Assembly (NCBI GenBank): GCA_051294375.1
Contig: CM119266.1
Coordinates: 13,877,614-13,941,613 of the forward strand
Source of the DNA: Paraspadella gotoi
Lineage: Eukaryota; Animalia; Chaetognatha
Length of the DNA stretch: 64,000 bases
Direction of reading: 5' to 3'
The notes below the pieces were generated by a model. The model was not told the DNA's origin. It saw only the letters and a program-made list of their open reading frames with translations, and did not search any database. A program made the translations under genes and the position numbers. Shown one piece after another: positions 38,421-48,739 of this stretch; the first letter of the stretch is position 1, and each line of letters opens with the position of its first letter.

Positions 38421-38750
38421 CGAATTCTCCAAGCGTAAAGTTCACCCTTTAAATACCCGTGCGAAGAAGACCGAGTTAGAATCATGGGCCGCAAAACAAA
38501 ATTAGACATCATCGCGCCTGGATTACGGACCTGAATCGGCGCCGCAAACGATGAATTACATTACAGCAGCGCACGGAATTACATGTGGACTGACGATCGC
38601 GGCTGAACAGAAAGATAAGACTCGATGCGGCGGACGAATTTACGGACCGGATCGGCGCCGCATCGCACGAAGACCAGGGACTTTGGACTTTGTCGACCGA
38701 GGCGTCGATCCTTCCCTTAATAAGAAGCTCCATGGCGTCTTCTTTAGATT
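38421..38750 (+). CDS. Possible exon (EFSKRKVH...KYPCEEDRVRIMGRKTKLDII...RLNRKIRLDAADEFTDRIGAAS), frameshifted
   Basis: ttctttttAG acceptor at 38420, GC-richer block, internal repeat with 117-bp period. Confidence 0.3.
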
Positions 38751-39325
38751 TTTCATTTCCCTTCTTTTTTTTTTAGATTTTATTCTTATTTTTGTATTTT
38801 ATCAAAATATTATTTTTCCCATTATTTATCTCCGTTATAAATTTTACGGTCGTTTAAAAAAAATCGCATAAAAATAAATTATTATCGGAATTTTCACTTA
38901 ACAAGGTACATTAGCCGGCAGCTGTGCACCCTTTAAGGCGATAAATGCACGTAAAATACATTCTATATTTCTTCAGTCTTCAACACGTTTACTTTTATTT
39001 AAATTTTTTTTACAGCCATTACCTTCTTAATTTATACAGGAATCAGCAATAAACCGTTCTGCAATCTTCGGTTTTTTTTATCTCCCTTTCCCCCCCTTTC
39101 TCCATTTTCCCCCGTCATTCTCTCCATCTCAACAAAACCTCGTACGGTTTTTAAAATCGGCTAATAAATAAAATGATTTTTCGCTTACGAAGTTTTATTC
39201 GTTACCGGAATTCGATCGAATAAAAAAAATTTAAAAAATCGATTTTCATTTTTTGTTAAAGTTTTCGATTCTTATAATTCATTATAATTTTTATAATGAG
39301 ATAAATATTTTTTTAAAAAATGATA

Positions 39326-39474
39326 TGGAAATTGGTACAACTAATATATAAAATTATCCTTCATTTAATAATTAAGCATCTGCCCATACTTTGGACAGGT
39401 TTTGGTGGTTTAAGCCTCCATCACTCTTACAAGATAAATGGCAGGTCTTGCAAAGCTATTTAATGAAAGACTCA
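39326..39474 (-). repeat. Dispersed ~150-bp repeat, copy 3 (inside the TIR element)
   Basis: Its reverse complement gagtctttcat...gcaagacctgccatttatcttgtaagagtgatggaggc...cctgtccaaagta...ttattaaatgaaggataatttt matches 15584-15740. Confidence 0.8.
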
Positions 39475-39780
39475 CCAACAGTCTGGTTTATACATCTCAG
39501 AGTACCTGGCTTCCTATCAAGGAAGTCGAATAATGTTTTCAAAGAATATTTACAATTCAAATTGCCACATAGAATTTAAATGGGTTCATTCGCTTTGCTT
39601 GTGTAAGTCGCTATGCCTATGGTTAACATTAATTATTTTAGTTACTATTGGTAATGCAAAAAAACAATTATAATTATTAGCATTTTTATCATAATTTTTA
39701 GCCACACTACGAAATAAGTAAGACGAATAATTAAGTAAAAAGAATCAATATAATGAAAAAAATATTTTTGAACAATTTAA

Positions 39781-40114
39781 ATGTCAATATCAAAAGTAAA
39801 CCGAAGCCAGAGACGACCGCTGCCAGGAAGATCTGGGACAAAACGCTGCCGTCTTTAGGAGTGCCGAAGAGAAACCGTCGCAGCGGCACAAATCCAAATA
39901 AAGACGCGAGCCAGGGTCGCCGCCGGCCTTTACTTACATTGTGAACGAATGAGAGGTTGGCCTGAATCCAGCGAAGAGAGCCAATCTTCTGAAGGCGTGG
40001 CGAGAAAAAAGAGAGCGTTGGAACAAGGAACTTCGGCGAGACTGGGAAGTTGGACGAGCGAGGATGGCGCAGTATGAGGCTGCAAACCAAAAGGAGAAAA
40101 TGGAACCAACGTGA
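39781..40114 (+). CDS. Orphan small ORF (~100-110 aa after frameshift correction), charged and helical
   Basis: GC-richer island in an AT-rich element. Frames give KSKPKPETTAARKIWDKTL / VAAAQIQIKTRARVAAGLYLHCERM / EVGLNPAKRANLLKAWREKRERWNKELRRDWEVGRARMAQYEAANQKEKMEPT* (39953-40114 is uninterrupted). Confidence 0.4.
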
Positions 40115-40147
40115 ACCAAATTATTACTTTCTTTAAAATCTTTTTTT

Positions 40148-40409
40148 AAACAAGTTTGAGCAAACAATGTTCGGATCTGCAAGTTAAGAAAAAGCATGCA
40201 AGTTAAAAAATATACAAGTTGAAAAAATGCCGCGAATTTTTAAAAATGATGCAAATTGAAAAAATGATATGATGTTAAAAACATGATTGGAGTGGAAAAA
40301 ATGATGCGAGAGGTTAAAAGAAGATTTTAAAAATTGATTTATCATCTGATTAGCTGGATTACCGACTAATTATCGTAAGCAGATTCCGACATTTTGCTCA
40401 AACTTGTTT
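40148..40409. mobile_element. ~260-bp MITE with ~31-bp TIRs and internal ~18-bp tandem repeats, nested in the TIR element
   Basis: aaacaagtttgagcaaacaatgttcggatctgc (40148-40180) vs gcagattccgacattttgctcaaacttgttt (40379-40409); the interior repeats atgatgcaa(g/a)ttgaaaaa-like units about 7 times. Confidence 0.75.
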
Positions 40410-41092
40410 TTTATATCCAGTTCATAATCATAATTGTAATCAAACCTGATTAAACAATATGAAAAGCGCAAAAAAAATTATTATAAAGTTCTTCGTCGGT
40501 TGACGAGTATGAAATAACAAGTCGGGGCTGTCAACTCTCAATTCCCAAGTATTTTTACCAACTGCAAATACTTTAATCTTAAAAAAATGATAATTTTAAT
40601 TAAAGGTAAATTTTTTTGTCAATCAACGTTTCATTTAACATATTTAAAATACAAACCTGAAAAGATATTCCAAAAAAACAAATGAATTTGTTGAAGTTGA
40701 AAACTCCAGTATAGTATTTTTTCAATGTTTGGAAACTGTTCTTTGACGGATCTGTTTGATGCAGGACCAAAAGAAAAAAAAAAACACGAAAAAAACGATT
40801 TCGACGCCGGTTAAGATCTTTTCGATTCGAATAATTAAACGATCTTTTTTTAAAACCGTACGAGGTTTTGTTTAAGAATGCTTTCTCATTCTTCATTCTC
40901 CGTCCCCAATCGCCAGCGGTGCTTTAAAGCGCCACCAACCTAACGGTTGTTTCGCGGCACTTCCGGAGGCAGCTGCGGCCCGCCACGGCCGTCGACCGGG
41001 CGACCGGGCGACCGGGCGACCCCGGCAGCTCGCCCCAGGTTCCTAATCATTAAGAACTCAACCTCGTCAATACTTGAAAGACAGAAAGTGAG

Positions 41093-41128
<36 letters not shown>

Positions 41129-41151
41129 GAGAGAGAGAGAGAGAGGAGAGA

Positions 41152-41187
<36 letters not shown>

Positions 41188-41454
41188 AGAGAGAGGAGAG
41201 AGAGAGAGAGAGAATTGATTGATTTCGAATTCTTTTAAACGTTTAACATCGATAGTCAAATGTAATATCATGAACGGGCCGTAATATTAATTAGGATTTA
41301 CTTGGCTCTTATTGCTGACAAATCAAAAACCAACTTTTCATAACCTTGGAATTTTAATTTTTCTTTTCTTTTCTATTTTCCTCTCCTTTTCAAAGTAATC
41401 AGACAATTTCTTTCTATCTGTTCTTCCTACTTGCTCTCTCTCTCTTTCCTCTCT

Positions 41455-41519
<65 letters not shown>

Positions 41520-43627
41520 ACCCCCAAAACCGCATCGTCCTCCCCACCATCGACCGAAAACTCATGAAAAACTCGTTTATTCCCTCGAGCATGACTTTTC
41601 CATTGTTCGAGACGCCAAGAAATCAAACTCCGATTTTGAAAACTAGCCGAAAAGTGAGAGAGAGAGCAGAGGAGAGAGATACGATGAGAGAGAGGGAGGA
41701 TGAGAGAGAGGAGAGAAGAGGAGAAGAGAGAGAGAGAGAAGAGAGAACCGTGAAAAATACTGGTCCGTCACTTTGGCGACGGGGAGACGCAAAAAGACAA
41801 ATGCGGCGGCATTATTGTCCGGCAGAGCTCCGCAGGGGCCCGATAATTATGTCTTGGGTTCCAAGTAACGACTTTTATTGCCTTTAAAACAAGAAAAAGA
41901 GTAGAGAGAAGGAGAGAGAGAGTTGGGAGAGGCAGAGAAGAGACGGAGAGAGGAGAGAGACGAGAGAAGAGAGAGAGAGAGATGAGACGAGTGCAGAGAG
42001 AAGAGAGAGAGAGAAGAAGAGAGAGAGAGATGAAGAAGAATAAATGAATGGAAAAGCGGGGAGGCGGAAACACGCGCTTGACCGTTTTTTGGCTTGCAGG
42101 TTTCAAAAGGTGGAAGGAAAAAGGAATGGTAGCGGCCTGGTGCGGGCCCGAGGGTGCGTTCGGCGATTTTTGGCATGAGGGGTCGACCCTTAACGATTGC
42201 CGCCGAATGTAGATGGGGCGATATGCGTCCGCCAGGAGTTCGAATGGTTGGCGGAGCTTACGTGTGTGCCTTCTCCAAAGTATGAACGCGTTGGCTCTTT
42301 TGAGTGAAAAGCGAAAAAGCGCGGTTGACGTGAAAAAAGTGGTTGCGTTGTACTCGCTCGACTCGTTTATATGTCATTGACGAAAGCGAGTTGCCTTTTG
42401 TTCGACTCCAAAGGAGAAAAGGTTGTTTCGAAAAAAAAATAAAGTTGTACTTTTTCTCTATTCGCGCAATTTTAACGACGAGGTTTTGCACGACTTGAAA
42501 ATGACCTGGAGAAGGGAAAAGAAAAGTTGAAAACTATTAATATTTAATTTTAAAATGCGAACAACTAGTTTTGGAAAAAAGGAAGAGCAAAGAAAGCATT
42601 GTGTTTTTTCTTATTTTCTCCGTCGTTTTCCCGTTGTTCTCTTGTTTTCCCCTTTTTCCTTCCCTCGTTCACTTTTTTTCCGCTCGAATTGTTCTTTTGT
42701 CGAGCCCGACGATGACGCGAAGGGGGCGCTATGTCGAGGTTAGAGAATGAAGGAGCATTGCTGGAGAACGCGCTGACGATAGCATTCTGCTGGATTAGAC
42801 GCTGAGAAGTGAGAAGAGAGCTGAACTAGTTGGTTTTAAAATCGCCACCCCAAAAAGTCAAACTCGTTTCATTATCGCCCCGCCCCCACAGCAACATCAG
42901 AATCGCCCTCTAGCGTCGCCTATCTGTATTAAACGTCATTGAGTTTATAAGTGGAGTGGCCGCATTTTTCTGCGAAGATCAAGCGGAAAAATATTTTCCG
43001 ATGGTCGACCGCAGAGAATTAGTTTCTGAGAAATCGAGGGATTAATTTCTCCGATATATTATCGGTCGTTTAAGACGCCGCTCCTGGCATCGATTAAAAC
43101 CNNNNNNNNNNNNNNNNNNNNNNNNNNNNNNNNNNNNNNNNNNNNNNNNNNNNNNNNNNNNNNNNNNNNNNNNNNNNNNNNNNNNNNNNNNNNNNNNNNN
43201 NNNNNNNNNNNNNNNNNNNNNNNNNNNNNNNNNNNNNNNNNNNNNNNNNNNNNNNNNNNNNNNNNNNNNNNNNNNNNNNNNNNNNNGAGATGGCGAGGGG
43301 GCCGACTGGGGGCGTGGAGGGCGAGGAGCGTCTTCTTTCGTTGCCATGGAGTTAGCGCCTCGGCGTCAGCTGGCGACGACGCTTCCCTCTCTTTCCCATG
43401 ATTTCCCAAAAGTCCCCGAAGTTCTTAATCTTTTGGGAGGAGAAAAACTGATGGGAAGATGACGAGAGAACGCCAACTGCGGCTTCACAGCGAGAGAGGG
43501 AAAATTATTTCGTTTCNNNNNNNNNNNNNNNNNNNNNNNNNCACTTTCTCTCTCTCTCTCTCTCGTCTCACTCTCAACTCTCTCGTTTCTCTCTCTCCCT
43601 CCTTTCTCTCTCTTTTTCTCTCTTCTC

Positions 43628-43670
<43 letters not shown>

Positions 43671-44854
43671 CTCTCCTTCTCATTGGGCCGTTGCGTCGAG
43701 CAATCGACCGAAAGCGCGAGACGACCAAAAGGCTTCCCTCTCCTTCCGCTCCTTACTCTCTTACCGCCGAGCGGTCGAACGGTCGGAGTCATTCCGCGTC
43801 TGGTTTGACTCTCAAAAAACATCGAGCGAGATCCTCTTCCTTCTCTATGACGGGCGATCGTCGCGGGTATCTATCTGTTGCCGACTTACCCGCGGCTTCT
43901 TACCTCTCCTCGTCTTTCTCTATCTCGTTTCTCCTTGTATCTCCGTTTCCGTCATCTCTGTATTCTCTCGCTCTCGGCTTGCTTTCCAGAAATCAAATAA
44001 TTGAGCCATGGTCCAGCAAGGATGCACAAACGCGTCCAGTTGTCCAAATTATATTAACGTTGGATGTTGTTTGTTGTTGTTAATTTTTTGTCCTATCTGT
44101 GCCCCGCTTAGGCGCTTTTTTCGGTCCTTGTTTGTCGTTTTCTCAAAATAATCGATTTTCTAAACTAAATTCTAAGAAAAAATTACCAATGAAAATTTTT
44201 CAACTCGCATCCTCGACGGAAAATATTTGTTTTATCGTGCGGCCGTGTTTCTAATTAGATAAAAACTGATACAAAATTCAGTGGAGAATTAACCGCACAA
44301 AAAAAAAGGCAGACACGAATTGAGACAGAGGTGAGTAAATCGCTCTATAGCAAGGGCCTGAGAGCCAACATGTAAAGAGGGAATAATTTTTTGGCGACGA
44401 AATTCTGAACCGCGAGATCCCCGCGAAGCTCGACGGGAAGCAGACGAGAACAGGGCGCAGGACGACGATGCCTTCGCTGGCTGAAACCCCCTTCCTCCTC
44501 ATTTGCCTCCTAAATCATGATGCTTCTCAAGAGGCAAAAAAAAACTTTTATCCAGTCATTGCACCAATCTTACATGGAAAAAATTTGAAATAGCTGGTAG
44601 AAGTAGAAAAGAATGTTTCAGAACAAAAACAGCATAGAAATTAATCACCAATTCATCACGTTAGAATGTTGTGTCTTAAAACCATAAACTTAGTTATTAT
44701 GAATTCTAAGAGCAATAAATCATATTATTAGTTTTTACAGCGCCCTTTAAAAAATGATCTTTCAATCACACAATATTAGATAACATACGCTAGCACTAGA
44801 ATTTGTAATTAAGTATTTTATCACGATCTCTACTAGAAATTAGAACTCTCTCCC

Positions 44855-45612
44855 TGAAATTGGTATACAACCCAATATATTATTCTCCGTACCATTGCAT
44901 TTCTATATTCAATAAACTTATCTACTTTTATGATCACACATTGTGACTTGACAGGCTTCTAGGTAGATACTTAAAAAACCGGTGGTGGATGTGGCGCGTC
45001 CATTCATCACCTTTCAACAAGAGAATAACCCGATCTGATCCCAAGTAGGCCAAGCGCATTTCTGCTAATCACAATATCTGAGCATACCGGCTCTACGTCA
45101 CAGTCTTATTTATTCACTCCCAGTTGGAACCTGGCTTACCTCCTATCCTCAGAATCGCGAAAGTGGTATAACTATCGCGAAAGACATGTTTCATTGATGA
45201 TGGCGCTGGAAGACAAATGCCACGCGAGACCTCGACGCTCTAAGTCATAATTCGAATCACCCGCGCCATGCGATATCAGTGATGACCGTAACTGCCGCGC
45301 AATCAGCTAGCTACTGCACAAAATCCAATGGCTAGAAAAACTGAAACAATGGTTATTTTGAAATTGGTTACAACCAATATTACAACACATCATCCATAGT
45401 GCCAGCTTGTTATCACCCTATCTTAGCTTTCCATCTCTGTTCTCTCGGGGAGCAGGGCTTGTCAGCGGGCGTTTGGATAAGCCGTGCAGTGCCACACATG
45501 AGAACGGATCTAGCAGTATAGTCTCTCTCCTGCCGAAGCTTCTACTTCTCATAGACTCTGCTCACAGTCCCTTTAATTTTATTTCACTCCCAGTGAAACC
45601 TGGCTTCCTATG
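44855..45612 (-). repeat. Two noisy tandem copies of the dispersed repeat plus extension (about 44855-45150 and 45360-45612)
   Basis: gaaattgg(ta)tacaac(c)caatat and cacagtc...attcactcccagt(g)gaacctggctt(a)cct recur here and at 39328-39520. Confidence 0.6.
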
Positions 45613-48600
45613 TTCACATATAGAAGTGATATACCCACATAATTTCTAACGTCTAAAACTTCGTTACACTAATTTGTTCGGATATTCGAAACCTACAACA
45701 TTTTGCCCTCCTGCCCAGTACGTTAGCCATCAGCCGTCATGAAATTCGATAACAACTGCTAATGGTTAGATACAGCGATTAAGAATAATCATCATGACCA
45801 TAGATCTCTATGGTTAATAAGAGATATTTTTGTCAAAAAAAATGCTTTTCTTCAGAGCGGTACTAGCCTAATTAAAAATACTTATAATTACTATAAAGAG
45901 CCAAAAAATTTTTGAGTTTAAATGCGTTAGAGAATTTTTTGATGGAGTCTAATAGAGCATAGAAAAGTTAGTAAAACAAGTGACGCTATAGAGATTACAC
46001 CTTTTAAAAAATTCTTACGTTTTCTAAGTGAAAATATAAAAAAAAACTGATAAAATCATCGAAAGATGATGGATAATGATTTTTTACGGAGTTTTTTTTT
46101 GTATTTTTGACACACTTATCGTAAGAAAATATTTGAAAAAAAGAATACGCCAGGTATACTTTGTATGTAAAACAAACTTTGTATAGAGCTATCTGAATTC
46201 TTGTTTTAAAACTTTGTTCAACTCGTTAACAAAAAATTGTGTCCCCTTTCCTATCTACTTAATACGAAGCTCAAATTCGTTTGCAAACGAAAGGTTTTTA
46301 AAAAAGTGTCTAAGAAAAATTTTTTGCTTTAGCGTTATTTGTAAATAGTTTTAACTGATTTATAGGCAACAGAATATACCACATATTTGTCAAATAATAT
46401 TTTTTAAGCAGGATTGGGACAAACCTTCGAATTTCTGCTGTTTTGCAGCAAAAAGCAAAATTGTTGGACCTTTCGTTAAGTGCATAACAGTGCCTGTTTT
46501 CTCTTAAAATGACTGAAATCTTTATTATGATATATGCAAGACCTACCCAAAGGTCTGCTCACACTCTTATTACTTTATATGTGTCAAAACCAGTGAATAT
46601 TGCAAATAAGCGAAATTATGCATTCATTGAAAAAAATGCCCATCGAAAAATAGTTCGAGCACTTGATATTAAAAACTTAGGGGCCAAAAAAATTTCTCAG
46701 AAATTTATAGAGCTATGCACAGTTTGTTTCTTTTTAAACAAAAAATTTTGAACCTGAATTTTTAGGGTTTAGTGGGTTAGGAATTACTGTATTTTCGAAA
46801 AAAATTTGCTATGAAAATATGGGCCTAATCCAAGTATCAGTGCTAGATAACTTTCCTATAAAATTATACACTAAAGCATTTATCTCCGTATAAATTGGAA
46901 AAGTTTCATTACATGTACAGCCTGACGACCTTTTCATAGTGTGCGTCTCTGTCCAGAGCAATCTGTATTAAAAAAATAATTACATCGTACATAATAAAGA
47001 TATAGAGATGCCATAGTTTAGGAATTCTTATTTAGTTTGAGAGTGAAAGTATTCTTAAAAATTGTACGTGAAATATTCGATCTCTCCCCTCTGGTTTGGA
47101 AATTGAGAGACAAGTTTAATTTGGGTTAGAGAGAAGAGGAGGAAGGAAAAGAGGAAAAGAAACGAGACATTTTCGTTGAGAGAGAGAGAGAAAGGTCGAT
47201 AAGGATCACGTCAAGAAGGAAGGAAAAGACAGGAAAGGAAAAGAAAAAGGAAAGGAAAGAAATGAAAGTTAAAAGGGAAACAAAAAGGAGGAAAAAATGA
47301 GAGGAAAGGAAAGAAAAGGAGAAAAAAAGAAGGGGAAAAAAAGAAACGGAAAAAAAAAGAAAAGAATAAAAAAAATTAAAAAAAGAAAGAAAGCAAGAAA
47401 GAAAGAAAGAAAGAAAGAAAGAAAAAAAGAAAGAAAGAAAAGAAAGAAAGAAAGACAAGAAAGAAAGAAAGAAAGAAAAGAAAAAAAGAAAAGAAAGAAA
47501 GAACGAAAGAAGCAAATAGAGAATTTTAGTCAAGTTAAAACCACCGAAAAAAAGAACAAATTTTTTCTCAAAGGACAGACGCGCCGAGAAAGTCGAGGGA
47601 GAAGACNNNNNNNNNNNNNNNNNNNNNNNNNNNNNNNNNNNNNNNNNNNNNNNNNNNNNNNNNNNNNNNNNNNNNNNNNNNNNNNNNNNNNNNNNNNNNN
47701 NNNNNNNNNNNNNNNNNNNNNNNNNNNNNNNNNNNNNNNNNNNNNNNNNNNNNNNNNNNNNNNNNNNNNNNNNNNNNNNNNNNNNNNNNNNNNNNNNNNN
47801 NNNNNNNNNNNNNNNNNNNNNNNNNNNNNNNNNNNNNNNNNNNNNNNNNNNNNNNNNNNNNNNNNNNNNNNNNNNNNNNNNNNNNNNNNNNNNNNNNNNN
47901 NCTACGAGTATGGTAGTACTTAGCAGATCTCTGAAATCTCCCGCCCCTTTTTCTCTTTTGCCTCCAGGTTATCTTTTCCCAACCCCGACCGAGGATCGAT
48001 CCCCGGGAGATTCCGATCCCACGCAGGACGTCTAGCGATCAGCGCCACCGGAAATATGGGGAGAGCGAGTGAGCGAGAAAACCATGAAACGACGGCGAAC
48101 GTGGATTTCGCAAGACTTTCTCTGTGTGAGTGTGGGGGGGAATATTTTGAGAAAGAGAGCGAAAAATGGTTAGGGAAACTAAATATGAACGAATCCGTGC
48201 GGACGTTGAACTTGATTAGGAAGTCTACAGAGAGAGTGAGTGAGACAACGAAGTCCTCTACTTAAAAATCGTGGATCTCAAGGAATTAACTAGATTTACT
48301 AGATTCCAACGTGTTTCGACTGAATGTGATATTGTAACAATAATATAATAGCATCCTATGGTAAGCCGATAAAGAGATTAAAGAAATATACTGGGTATTT
48401 TGAAGAAGAAGAGGAGAGAGACTTGCGATCTCTATGGTAAACTTTAGTTGCATAAGTTGAGAAAAGCGAATGGACAAAAAAAAAGCTAAGAAAAAAAAAG
48501 TTAATGAATGTTTTGCGGGGCGAGCGGCGTCNNNNNNNNNNNNNNNNNNNNNNNNNCGCCATCTAAACGACATATTCCGACGTCCATCCATCCTAAAAGT

Positions 48601-48739
48601 TTCTTCCCTTTGAGGTCGCGACTCAATCTCTCTCTCTCTATTCTCTCTCTTTCTCATCTCTCGGCGTCTCTCGTCTCTCTCGTCGTGTCGATCTATCAAT
48701 CGCTCTTCTCGTGTCTCTCTTGCTCCGCCCTGCGTGCCC

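Larger units (their letters stand above)
39131..40872. mobile_element. ~1.74-kb non-autonomous TIR element
   Basis: Left AACAAAACCTCGTACGGTTTT (39131-39151) and right AAAACCGTACGAGGTTTTGTT (40852-40872) are perfect 21-bp inverted repeats. The flanks appear joined without the element at about 55965-56055. TSD unresolved. Confidence 0.7.

Noticed and set aside
42228-42257. tccgcca-ggagttcgaatggt-tggcgga hairpin with GTTCGAA as a tRNA or SINE B-box
   Set aside because: No A-box or cloverleaf, and the B-box lacks the terminal CC.
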